From an uncultured Acidobacteriota bacterium (lineage in GTDB: Bacteria; Acidobacteriota; Thermoanaerobaculia; Multivoradales; UBA5704): DNA of 64,000 nt. Position numbers and translations under genes: made by a program. The stretch's first letter is position 1; every line of letters begins with the position of its first letter. The notes under the pieces were generated by a model that did no database searches, was not told where the DNA came from, and saw nothing but the letters and a program-made list of their open reading frames with translations. Shown piece after piece: positions 28,310-37,380 of this stretch. The stretch lies in NCBI GenBank assembly GCA_963770895.1, contig CAVYRF010000001.1, positions 96,001 to 160,000 of the forward strand. The letters run 5' to 3'.

Positions 28310-29299
28310 ATGCCCTGTACCTCCAACGCCATTGTCGGTGTGGACTTCGGCGCACCTCGGCGCGCATGCGACCAGCGCCGGAAGATAGTCGCAATTGCCG
28401 CGTATCCCACCGACTGGTGCCGCTACCGCATCGGCGCGACCGGGATGAACGCGCGCCTCGCCGATGGCCCGCCTGGCTGGACCGCGAAGGAGCTGCTCGA
28501 TGAGTTGCTCACTCGGCCCGTTCGCATCGCCGCCTTTGACTTCCCTTTCTGCATCCCGGACGCGCTCCTGCGGGACGAGCAGTTCGCCGCCGATGTCGGC
28601 TACGAGTACGGTGCGTTCCGCGGCTGGAGGGCCTTCAACTGGTTCGTCGCCCAACAGTTGGCGCTCGGCGATCCACTGGACTTCCGTCCGTTTGAGGCGT
28701 GGCAAGCGAGGGCCAATCGCGCGCGACTATGGACCAAGCGCGCGACCGACATCGCGGCTGGCGGCCAGCCGCCTCTCAAGGACAAGTTCCAGGCGACCTT
28801 CCAGATGACACTCCTGGGGAACGCGCTTCTCGCGCGCCTGTGGGAGTCGCATCGGTATCGCGTGCTGCCGTTCCCCGGCGGCCGCGGCACGGGCGAGGTC
28901 ATCGAGGTCTATCCGGGCGCCACTCTCCGGCAGATGGGCTTGGCGAACTACAAATCGCGCCCCAATGAAGCCATCAGCCTCTGCATCGCAGCCTGCGAGG
29001 CCGCCGGTATCAAGCTCGACATCGACCACCGCGTGGCGCGCTGCTGCCGCTACTACAGCTCGGGCACGAGGACTCCCGACTACGATGCCGCCGACGCGTT
29101 CGTTGCTCTGTGCACCGCGATCCTCCACGCCGAGGGCGCGTGCCATGAAGCGATTGATGGTGATCCGTTCCTCAAGGAACGTGAGGGAGCCATCTGGGTG
29201 CCAGCTCGCCGTCGTGATGTTCGAGAAGATGCAGGCGCTCCTCCACGGTCCGGAACTCTTCCCCGCGGATCAACTTGGGTAAAGCCACCTTCAAAGTGA
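28310..29299 (+). CDS. DUF429-family predicted nuclease (RNase H fold)
   Basis: IVGVDFG, AFDFPF, RATD, IEVYPG, DAADA and EGAIWVP motifs. Confidence 0.8.
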   Translation: MPCTSNAIVGVDFGAPRRACDQRRKIVAIAAYPTDWCRYRIGATGMNARLADGPPGWTAKELLDELLTRPVRIAAFDFPFCIPDALLRDEQFAADVGYEYGAFRGWRAFNWFVAQQLALGDPLDFRPFEAWQARANRARLWTKRATDIAAGGQPPLKDKFQATFQMTLLGNALLARLWESHRYRVLPFPGGRGTGEVIEVYPGATLRQMGLANYKSRPNEAISLCIAACEAAGIKLDIDHRVARCCRYYSSGTRTPDYDAADAFVALCTAILHAEGACHEAIDGDPFLKEREGAIWVPARRRDVREDAGAPPRSGTLPRGSTWVKPPSK

Positions 29300-29309
29300 G
29301 ACGGCAAGA

Positions 29310-29339
29310 GGGCGACACACCCCCAGGGTTGCATTGCCC
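29310..29339 (+). repeat. att-like site B (imperfect palindrome, attP-like)
   Basis: gggcgacacacccc-CA-gggttgcattgccc has 20/30 positions self-complementary around a central CA. It is a direct repeat of site A. Confidence 0.65.
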
Positions 29340-30076
29340 TTTGTGGCCCAGAGAGCCCCGAGGAGCGCATCGCGCCTTTCGCCGGTGTCCCCCTTTCTCG
29401 ATTCGGAACAGCGCGGCAGACTCAGCCGCGGGGGACACCGGCGCGGGCCTTGCTCCCAAGGTCTACTGCGGGCGCCGGCAGGTGTGCGCGCGACCGCAGG
29501 AATTGCCGGGCGCCCGACACACCATCAGGCTGCGGCTGCCTGGTTGCTCCAGGGGAAGGTGCTCTATCGCAGCGCTGATCGCCGATGCCGAGTGATCATG
29601 ATGTTCCAAATGGAACCGTTGCTCTGACGCTACCTTGCAAGACGTGCCCGCCTCTCGGTTCGAGGACGCACAATCGAAACATCGTTCTCTAGGGAAAGGT
29701 GCGCCCAAACAGCATTCAAATGATAAGGCGCCACGGATACCATGCTCCGGGCGCTCTCCTCGACCGACGGTCAAGGCACCTCCGCGCCAGCGCCCGTCAC
29801 CAACGGCGGGAGCAAGCCCCCCGGCCCGATCGCGGTCGCGCCGTCAGGCGCGCCGCGGTCGGGCCAACCCATCGCAAAGCCCTCCGCACTTCTCAGTATC
29901 CGTGCTGAGATGTCGAAGGGTTGGCGCGGTCAAAGCGGATTTTCTTGGTCGCCAAGGGTGCTGAAGAGGCGGGTTAGCCGGCAGAAGCGAGGCGGAGCGC
30001 ACCTGGGCTGCGCTTCCTGGTGGCCGTCCTCGCCTTGCTTGGCTACGACCTGCGGCCAGCTTGCGGTTAGGCTAGC

Positions 30077-32212
30077 TTAGTGTCCCGCCGCTCCGGAGCT
30101 CCCGGTCGCTGCGCTTGCAGTCTTCAGGTAGCGCAGGCACCAGGCGTGGATGAGGCGGCGCCGGGTGGCTGAGAGGTCGCGTGTGCGCGGCATGTAGCCG
30201 TAGTGGTCCCAAAGCGGTCGCGAGGTGCGCTGCAGGAGCAGCGCTGCCATTTGCGGGTTTTCCCACTGCTGCGGCTGGTTGAGCGGAATAACCAGACTCA
30301 TCGCCGGATACAGCAGGTAGTAGTTGCGCAGGACCTCGGCGAAGAGGACGTCATATGTCAGCTTGTCGTTGCCGATCGGCTGGGCGGCATCTGGATCCTG
30401 ATAGTACTGGCTGTAGTCCCGGTCGTTTGGCAGGATGCGGAGACTGACCGGGAGAATGGCCGTGGTGTCGAGGCTCTGGTACTCCTTCGGCGGCGCGTCC
30501 TGACCGGGGACGGTGAAGGTGAACAGGCGGTTGCCCGGCTGGCTCACGTCGACGGTGAGGGGATCGCCCGGCTTGAAATGGGTGGTCAGCTGCTCCAGCG
30601 GTCCGGGTTTCTGGTTGGGCGTGGTGTCGTAGGCCCAGACGGTGATCGGCGGGCAGTCGGCGGCAGAGAGCTCCTTGCCCTTGCGGAAGACCCGGATGGT
30701 CGCCGGTTCTTCGGTCGCGCTCTGGCTGAGGAACCTGGATGCCAGCTGCGGCTCGCCGTCCTTGGGGAGGATCTGCTCGCCGAAGAGGCCGCTCTGATCC
30801 GAGGCGATCAGGTAGTCGAACTCCTTGAGCAGGTCCGCATCGCCCTCTTTGGCGTGCAGGACCACCGCGAACTCCCCCGCCTCCAGGTCTGCCGGGGCGA
30901 TGCCTTGGAGCGGAAAGTCGAAGATCCAGCCGCGCGCGTCTCCCGCCGCCGTGTCCTGGTAGTCGACCGTGCCGATCTGGTGGTCGCGCCCGCCGGCGCG
31001 GAGCACCAGGCTCACCTGGCCGAAGTCGTACTTCGCGTTGTCGCCGGTCTGCAGCGGCACGAAGTTGCCCTGATAGCGATCCGGGAACGCGCCCGAGAAG
31101 TCGACCGAGATCTGATCCTTGCCGGTGTGCAGGATCGCCGGCGCCAGCGCGAAGGGCGGGAAGTTGCCCATCTCGCCGGACGGGATGGGGAAGGTGCTGC
31201 CGGATTGGTTGAGCAGCCTGCCGGTCGGCACCGACTGCATCTCGCCCTCGAACCAGGGGGCCAGCGTGCCGACCAGCTCCAGGTAGTCGGGGTTGGTGCC
31301 CTGCTTCGTATACAAATCGACCATCGCGTCGTACCACGTCTGGTCCGGATAGGCGAAGGTATTGATCGGTTGCAGCGGCCGGTAGAGGTAGTAGCGGAAC
31401 ACCAGCCCCGCCAGCTTTTCGCCGCCCGGCCCCTGCGGCGGCAGGTAGTCGAGGATCGGCTGTCCCGTCAGCTGCGCCAGCGGTACGACGCACTGGAAGG
31501 CGCCGCCGGCGCCGTTCGGCCCGCTCAAGTTGGTATTGCGCTGGAAATTGATCCACCGCGTCACCGCCTTGCTCGGCTTGCCGCTGAACAGCGCCTTGCC
31601 ATCCAGCTCCAGGGTCAGCGCATCGCTGAACACCTGGCTGCACGGCGAATCCTCCGGATTGACATCGATCAGCATCGCCTTGCTGCCGCCTGCGCCCGGC
31701 CCGCTCTTGAACGACAGTTGGGCGCCGACCAGTTGGCTGGCGTCCGCTCCGCCCTGGGGGCGATCGCCGCTCTGCACCGCGACCACAGTCACCCCCGTCA
31801 TGGTGAGCCCCATGTCGCCGTAATAGTTCCATTCGCCCGGAATCCGCGGCACCATCTTTTCCGCCGCCACGGAAGCAGCCGCGGCGGCTCCTCCCACCAC
31901 CCCTTGCGTCCCGCCGCCCACCGGCTCGGCGTGCTCGGAGCGCGTCGTCCGCGCCACCGCCGGGGCCGCGCTGCCCGACTGCGGCGGCGGCACGTAGAAG
32001 CTGACCTTCTGCATCCACGCCACGTACTGGTCGTCGGTCATGCCGTAGGTGATCGCCTGCACCGACTTGGTGTCCGCCTGGCGCAGCGGCTCACCCGCAT
32101 AGGGGCTGCCCGGAGGGAAGCGGTCGCCCGAATAGTCGTCGTTGTTGGCGGTGCCGACATTGACCGCGATCAATCCCTTGACGTTGATGCGAGGGAAGCA
32201 AAAGATGCTCAT
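30077..32212 (-). CDS. VioB/RebD/StaD-like protein lacking the C-terminal ferritin-like domain
   Basis: N-terminal MSIFCFPRINVKG...TANND, internal WNYYG, and C-terminal YYLLYPAM...YMPRTRDLS match VioB-family motifs. 711 aa, AAGGAG RBS. Confidence 0.65.
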   Translation of the reverse strand: MSIFCFPRINVKGLIAVNVGTANNDDYSGDRFPPGSPYAGEPLRQADTKSVQAITYGMTDDQYVAWMQKVSFYVPPPQSGSAAPAVARTTRSEHAEPVGGGTQGVVGGAAAAASVAAEKMVPRIPGEWNYYGDMGLTMTGVTVVAVQSGDRPQGGADASQLVGAQLSFKSGPGAGGSKAMLIDVNPEDSPCSQVFSDALTLELDGKALFSGKPSKAVTRWINFQRNTNLSGPNGAGGAFQCVVPLAQLTGQPILDYLPPQGPGGEKLAGLVFRYYLYRPLQPINTFAYPDQTWYDAMVDLYTKQGTNPDYLELVGTLAPWFEGEMQSVPTGRLLNQSGSTFPIPSGEMGNFPPFALAPAILHTGKDQISVDFSGAFPDRYQGNFVPLQTGDNAKYDFGQVSLVLRAGGRDHQIGTVDYQDTAAGDARGWIFDFPLQGIAPADLEAGEFAVVLHAKEGDADLLKEFDYLIASDQSGLFGEQILPKDGEPQLASRFLSQSATEEPATIRVFRKGKELSAADCPPITVWAYDTTPNQKPGPLEQLTTHFKPGDPLTVDVSQPGNRLFTFTVPGQDAPPKEYQSLDTTAILPVSLRILPNDRDYSQYYQDPDAAQPIGNDKLTYDVLFAEVLRNYYLLYPAMSLVIPLNQPQQWENPQMAALLLQRTSRPLWDHYGYMPRTRDLSATRRRLIHAWCLRYLKTASAATGSSGAAGH

Positions 32213-32361
32213 CCGGTGCGCTCTCCTTGAAAAGTTTCGTAACTCACCGTAATACCGAGAACACTGGAAGTCAAGCCCGCCTGGGTGGTGCTTCCGCTGC
32301 CCGGACGTGGGCGAGGGTGCCGCGCCAGCTCCTTGAGCCTGGCGCGGCGACCCGTAGCCGA

Positions 32362-34740
32362 TTATCTCCGGTTGATTGGCAAAAATCGGCAGGCTGCGCC
32401 GCATGCGGCGAGCGCGAGGAGCGTCGTGCCGGCGAGCGCCAGACCGATGTCAAATGCGTGCGGCCGGTATCGCAGCTCGAGAACGCCCTGGCCTGCCGGC
32501 ACGAAAGCTCCCAGAAAGGCGCCATTGACGGTGACGGGAGGCAGCTGCGCGCGGTTCCAGGTGATGCGCCATCCGGGCCAGTTCACGTCGCTGGTGGTGA
32601 GCAGGTTCCAGCCCCGCGAGTCGATGGCAAGGCGAGCGGTGCCGCCGGTGTAGGTCAGGAGGCGCACCGTGCCGCCTGCACCCCGTCCCTGCGCCGCTGA
32701 CGCCGCCACGGGCGCACGGTCGACGACGGTGAGCGCGCGAAAGTCCGTCACGTCCTGCATCTGCTGCACCTCCTTGTCGAAGCCGCGGGCGATCTGCCAG
32801 CGGGCGGCGAGGAAGTAGCGGGGCAGAGCAGCTGGATTGGAAAAGACCTGGCCGTCCGGGCCGTCGTAGATCTGCTGCCAGCGCGGATCGGGTGGCGAAG
32901 TGTCGGGTGGAGCGTAGATGGTTGCCACGCCGAGAAAATCCAGGAAGGGACTGTCCCAATCGTGCACCCGTTGGTTGTAGTCGTCGGCGCGGACGTCGAG
33001 AAACGCGCCGAGCAGCTTTCTATATTCTGGCGCACGGATCGGGTCCGTCGTTTTGATGTCCTCAAGCCCGAAGAAGCCCGGCGTATCCGGCAGGAGGCCG
33101 GTGCCGACCGCCGCCATGCGATGGGGCTGGGGGCCCAGGTGCAGCGCTCGGATGGCTTCGGTCTCCGGCAGAACTTCGGCGGGGCGGGCCGGGGGATTGT
33201 ATTGCCAGGTGGCGAACAGCAGCTCGCAGAAGGTGAGCGCCGTGGCGACGGTCGCGAACGTCCGCGGTCGCACCCGGATGGCAAGGGCTCCGGCCAGGAC
33301 CAGGAGGACGCCGAGGGAGGCCGCGAGCTGCGACAGGGCCAGGCGGGCGGCGTCGCGGTCCGCAAGGTCGCGCCACTGCAGCCAATAGACCGCGCCAAGG
33401 AGCAGCCCCGCTCCGCCCAGGCCGGCCCACAGAGGACGTCTGCCCCTGTCGCTGATCAAAAATGTTGCCAAAGCGATCGAGGCCGCCACCGACGTGCCCA
33501 GCACCCACAGGAAGCGCAGGCGCTGATGGAGCGCCACGCCGACCAGCGGCATCCGGCAGACCAGGGGGTACCAGCCGGGAGCTTCCGCAATGGTCAGGAG
33601 GGCGACGGCCATGGCGGCGACAAAGAAGCCGGCGGGGCGCTGGCGCAGACACGCCAGGCTGGCAATGGCCAGGGCTAACGCGGCGATGCCGCCGTAGCCG
33701 GACGCAACCTCTCCATAGTCGGAGGGGATCGACGGGTCGGGCGTCACCGGCCGCCGGTACGTCCCCGACTGCACCGTGCCCAGGATGTTCGGTGCGACGA
33801 GCGGCAAGAGCCATTCGCTGCTCACTCGACGCGCGGGGTGTTGATCCAGGTTGCGGAACGCCTGGTAGCGATCGGTCAAAGGGAGCACCGCGAGCGTCGG
33901 CAGCCAGACCGGGGCGGTGAGCAGCACGGCGGTCCCTGCCGCGGCCAGTGCGGCCGCCAGCCGTGCCGCGCGCGCTCTTGGCGCGAGCGGCTCGACCGCG
34001 GCCAGGTACAGGGTATAGGCGCCCACGGTGAGGCCGGCAAACAGCGCCGACTCCGGGTGACCGCCGAGGATCGCGAGCGCGATCGCCAGCGCGAGGAGCA
34101 GAAACGATCGCCAGCGGGGACGGCGCACGAGCTCCGTTGCCGCCACCAGTCCCATGGGGAGCATCATCGTCGCGAGACCGAGCGGGAACAGCAGCCAGAC
34201 GACGTGGAAGGTCGAAAAGGTGTAGGTGATCGATCCAAAGAGCGCTGCCCACGCGGGCAGGCGCCACTCCGTCAGCAGGACGAAAAGAAAAAACATGCAA
34301 AAGAAAAGGCGGAGCCCGACCGAAAGGGTCCATGCTTTTCCCAGCGGCAGCGGCAGCCCCAGCAACGTGAACGGGTGGAAGATCGCTGTCTGCTGGTTGG
34401 CCAGGAGCGGCGAGCCGGCGGCGAGAGCGCGGTTCCACAAAGGAATTTCGCCGGCAAGAAGCTGCCGCCGCGCCGCGGCGGTCCATGGCGCCAGCTCGGT
34501 GATGACGATGCCGGTGTTGGCGCGCTCCGGCGTTCCCTGCAGCCCCTTCCACGGCAGGATCGAGTTGCAGATCCCTCCCGGCAGATCCACACGCGAGGTG
34601 AAGAGCGTCCTGGCCTGGTAGCCGGCGACGAGCGCGCAGAAGAGCACGACGATGGTCCAGGGAACCGGAGTGAAGAGACGGTTCCAGACCATGGTTGTGA
34701 GCGCGATGGCTGCGAAGAGAAGCAGCGGCGTGGCCAGCAT
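32362..34740 (-). CDS. YfhO-family polytopic membrane protein (GT-C-like)
   Basis: GEIPLWN...GSPLLAN, LGGHPE and C-terminal PGW...NGAFLG...LELRYRP motifs, with many TM helices. Confidence 0.8.
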   Translation of the reverse strand: MLATPLLLFAAIALTTMVWNRLFTPVPWTIVVLFCALVAGYQARTLFTSRVDLPGGICNSILPWKGLQGTPERANTGIVITELAPWTAAARRQLLAGEIPLWNRALAAGSPLLANQQTAIFHPFTLLGLPLPLGKAWTLSVGLRLFFCMFFLFVLLTEWRLPAWAALFGSITYTFSTFHVVWLLFPLGLATMMLPMGLVAATELVRRPRWRSFLLLALAIALAILGGHPESALFAGLTVGAYTLYLAAVEPLAPRARAARLAAALAAAGTAVLLTAPVWLPTLAVLPLTDRYQAFRNLDQHPARRVSSEWLLPLVAPNILGTVQSGTYRRPVTPDPSIPSDYGEVASGYGGIAALALAIASLACLRQRPAGFFVAAMAVALLTIAEAPGWYPLVCRMPLVGVALHQRLRFLWVLGTSVAASIALATFLISDRGRRPLWAGLGGAGLLLGAVYWLQWRDLADRDAARLALSQLAASLGVLLVLAGALAIRVRPRTFATVATALTFCELLFATWQYNPPARPAEVLPETEAIRALHLGPQPHRMAAVGTGLLPDTPGFFGLEDIKTTDPIRAPEYRKLLGAFLDVRADDYNQRVHDWDSPFLDFLGVATIYAPPDTSPPDPRWQQIYDGPDGQVFSNPAALPRYFLAARWQIARGFDKEVQQMQDVTDFRALTVVDRAPVAASAAQGRGAGGTVRLLTYTGGTARLAIDSRGWNLLTTSDVNWPGWRITWNRAQLPPVTVNGAFLGAFVPAGQGVLELRYRPHAFDIGLALAGTTLLALAACGAACRFLPINRR

Positions 34741-35052
34741 CGGAGGCGATTCCTAGCACAGGACCGCCGGACGCACAACGACACCCGCCGGCAACTTGAC
34801 AGGGCGTCCGCCGTTATGACTATTCAGATTTCCGGGAGGGCACCGCCCATGCAGATCGCTGTCGGAGATGCCGCAAGAAGAGTGCTGCGCACGCTGCTGA
34901 TCTGCCTGCTGGCGCCGGCGGCGGCCGGGTTGGCGCAGGATCCGCTGAGCGGATACACCAGGTCTTTCTTTGGCGAGCCGGCGGTGACCACCGCACGCGG
35001 GGCATGCGGCCAGGGTATGGCGCCGCCGGGCGAGACCTGACAGCATGGCCGG

Positions 35053-35448
35053 ATGGCATCGGACCTGATGATCCTGGCGCACGGCGGCACGTGGGAGATG
35101 CGGTTTCAGGTGTCGTCGCTCGCGGGCAGCGCGGCGGCGGCCGGCGACCACGTGCTGGTGGCGCTCTACTTCGCGGCGCTCGACGCGTGGGTGGGGGAGC
35201 GCTGGGATGCGCTGGACCCGGCGCCGCCGGTGTCGGCGACCCGGTTGCAGACGCTGGGTCTGCCGCCGCTGTCCGCCATGCTGGAGCCGGGGCGCGCGGC
35301 GGGCCTGATCCGGATCTATGCCTGCAGCGCGTCCTGCCGCGTGCTGGGGCTGGACATGGACAAGGCGCAGGCGTCCGTGGACGCGATCGTCGGCTGGCAG
35401 ACGTTTTCACGCATGACGGCCACGGCCGGCCGCGTGGTCAGCTTCTAG
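35053..35448 (+). CDS. DsrE/DsrF-like (peroxiredoxin-like) protein
   Basis: AAAAGDHVLVALYF...RIYACSAS...DAIVGWQTF pattern. Confidence 0.65.
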   Translation: MASDLMILAHGGTWEMRFQVSSLAGSAAAAGDHVLVALYFAALDAWVGERWDALDPAPPVSATRLQTLGLPPLSAMLEPGRAAGLIRIYACSASCRVLGLDMDKAQASVDAIVGWQTFSRMTATAGRVVSF

Positions 35449-35505
35449 GCGTGCGCCGCGCGCCCCGGGCGCCGGCGGCCTGAGGCCGGACGTGGGCGGC
35501 GGCGG

Positions 35506-35880
35506 TCAGGTATCGCGCCGGATCAGGTAGGTCTCGGGGCCGACGACCTGGGGATCGAGCGAAAACTCGTAGAGCTGGAGGCCGCCGAACAGGGCGCGCA
35601 CCAGGGGGAAGCCGGCGGTCTGCAGCTTGCGGGCGAGGTCGACGGTGGTTGAGCCGTCATCGTCCAGCAGCACCACGTCCAGCTCGCGCGGCGGCTTCCA
35701 TTCGGGGCCGGGAAAGGCGCAGGCGCCCATCAGGGACAGACGGCCGGGTTCGGTGCGCACGTCGATCAGCAGCGGCGGGTCACCTTCTTTCAGGCGCCTG
35801 AAGACGGTGTAAGGGGGTACCTCCAGCAGCGGGTCGAACTGCACGACCGGAGTGCCTCTGGTGGTGTGGCGGGTGGGCAT
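35506..35880 (-). CDS. Rhodanese-like domain protein
   Basis: PLLIDVR...L.GA...GF..VRALFGGL. The active-site loop lacks Cys. Confidence 0.7.
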   Translation of the reverse strand: MPTRHTTRGTPVVQFDPLLEVPPYTVFRRLKEGDPPLLIDVRTEPGRLSLMGACAFPGPEWKPPRELDVVLLDDDGSTTVDLARKLQTAGFPLVRALFGGLQLYEFSLDPQVVGPETYLIRRDT

Positions 35881-35895
35881 GCGTGAATCTCCTTC

Positions 35896-37218
35896 TCAGT
35901 CATACCCTTGTACGCGCGACTTGTGGTCGCTCCAGGCCAGGCCGGACATCGCCTTGGGCAGAAAGCGCGTGGATTTGGGCGGCAGCATCTGGCCGCGGGC
36001 GACGGCGGCGGCAAAGTCCGCCGGGCGCATGGGTGGCAGCCAGAAGCCGGTCCCCAGGTCTCCCGAGGCAACCTGCGCGTACAGGTCCTGCGGGTTGGAG
36101 CGGTAGACCAGGGTGCCGTCGGTTGCCGCCTCCGGCGCCAGGCCGAGGGCCGGCAGGACGGCGCTTTGAAAGACGTCGACGACCAGCTGGCCGGGTGCCG
36201 CGGCAAGGTGCCAGATCTCGGGCCGGCTGCCTACCACCCAGACGCCCAGGGCCGGCTGCGGCGCGGCGGCCACCGCGGCGGCCAGGCCGTCGCCGTCGAC
36301 GCCGCCGAAGGGCAGGGCGGCGGTGCGCAGGCCGGCCAGCCGCGCCAGGTCGATCGGCTGGCGCAGGGCGCGATGGATGGGGTCGATGGTCAGCTCCCGC
36401 GAGGCCAGGCTGGTCACCACCGCGAGCTTGGCGCCGGCGGCGCTGCCGGCGGCGGCATGGTGCGTTTCGGCAAAGCGCAGGCCGACCTTGTAGCGATGGT
36501 GGCCGTCGGCGATCGCCGCCGGCCGCGACGCCACGGCTTGCTGATAGAGCGCGATGCGTGCCGGGTCGGCGACCTGGAACAGCAGATGAGAGTTGCCGTC
36601 TTCGTCAAGGTAGCGGACGAGCGGCGCCGGCGCGGCGCCGTTGGCCCGGCCGCCCTCGGCGGCTGGGCCGTCGCCGACGTCCTGGGCCAGCAGCTCTTCG
36701 AGGCGGCCATCGTCTTCGGCCAGCAGCAGCGCCGGCTCGAGATCGACCCGCATGGCCTCGAGCAGCGCCGTGCGCTCGGCGAGCGGCTTGTCCAAGGTCT
36801 GCTCGTGGGGGCGGATGACCGTCGGCGGCGCGTATTCGACCAGCGCCAGCACGCCGAGCCGGCGGCCGCCGCCGACCAGCTCGACGATATAGGGATAGAG
36901 CGACGGCTGCGGGTCGCGGGCGACGATGCCGTCCCGCAGCCACGCTGCGTGGAGTTGGGCGGCATGCCGGTACGCGGTGTCGGCGGTGGCGGCGGGCGCC
37001 GGCGCCGGTGCGGGGGTCTGTGCCGCCCCCGCCCCCCCGGCACCCGCCGGCGCGGCCGGAGCCACCGGACGCGTGAGATGGGCGAACTGGTACGGCGACG
37101 CGGCCTGGAAGCGGTCCCGCGCCGCGTCGTTGATCTGGTCGTACGGGGGGGCCGCCAGGCGTCCGGGGTCGCCCGCTCGGTCGGTGTAGCGCAGCCCCTG
37201 GAAGGCGAGTAGGCGCAT
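35896..37218 (-). CDS. DUF1015 family protein
   Basis: AFQGLRY, APPYDQI, IRPHEQT, IADGHHRY and PPKSTRFLPK motifs. Confidence 0.9.
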   Translation of the reverse strand: MRLLAFQGLRYTDRAGDPGRLAAPPYDQINDAARDRFQAASPYQFAHLTRPVAPAAPAGAGGAGAAQTPAPAPAPAATADTAYRHAAQLHAAWLRDGIVARDPQPSLYPYIVELVGGGRRLGVLALVEYAPPTVIRPHEQTLDKPLAERTALLEAMRVDLEPALLLAEDDGRLEELLAQDVGDGPAAEGGRANGAAPAPLVRYLDEDGNSHLLFQVADPARIALYQQAVASRPAAIADGHHRYKVGLRFAETHHAAAGSAAGAKLAVVTSLASRELTIDPIHRALRQPIDLARLAGLRTAALPFGGVDGDGLAAAVAAAPQPALGVWVVGSRPEIWHLAAAPGQLVVDVFQSAVLPALGLAPEAATDGTLVYRSNPQDLYAQVASGDLGTGFWLPPMRPADFAAAVARGQMLPPKSTRFLPKAMSGLAWSDHKSRVQGYD

Positions 37219-37380
37219 GCAGGATCCTTTTGCGGCGGTCGTGCGGTCGGGATGTCCCTCACGCAGAGTCGCCTCTTATTCTACAGATGCTATGACACTC
37301 GCGGACGCACAACGGGGGATAACCGGCCGCAACCGTCACAAAGGAGACGCAGATGGCGTGCCAGGGCGGGGCCTACCCCG

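Larger units (their letters stand above)
1..29339. mobile_element. Integrative island/element mobilised by a large serine recombinase (left boundary probably outside the window)
   Basis: Contains a serine recombinase, two coupling-protein-like ATPases, TA systems, defence-like genes and several IS. It ends at a palindromic att-like site (29310-29339). Base composition is visibly more heterogeneous than in the housekeeping region after ~30 kb. Confidence 0.7.

Noticed and set aside
29860-30075. GCCTAAC after the VioB-like stop plus hairpins, considered as an integron attC
   Set aside because: No matching GTTRRRY at attC distance and no integron integrase in the window.
34849-35040. Short ORF with a signal-peptide-like start
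   Set aside because: 63 aa with no recognisable mature domain. I cannot distinguish it from a remnant or chance ORF.
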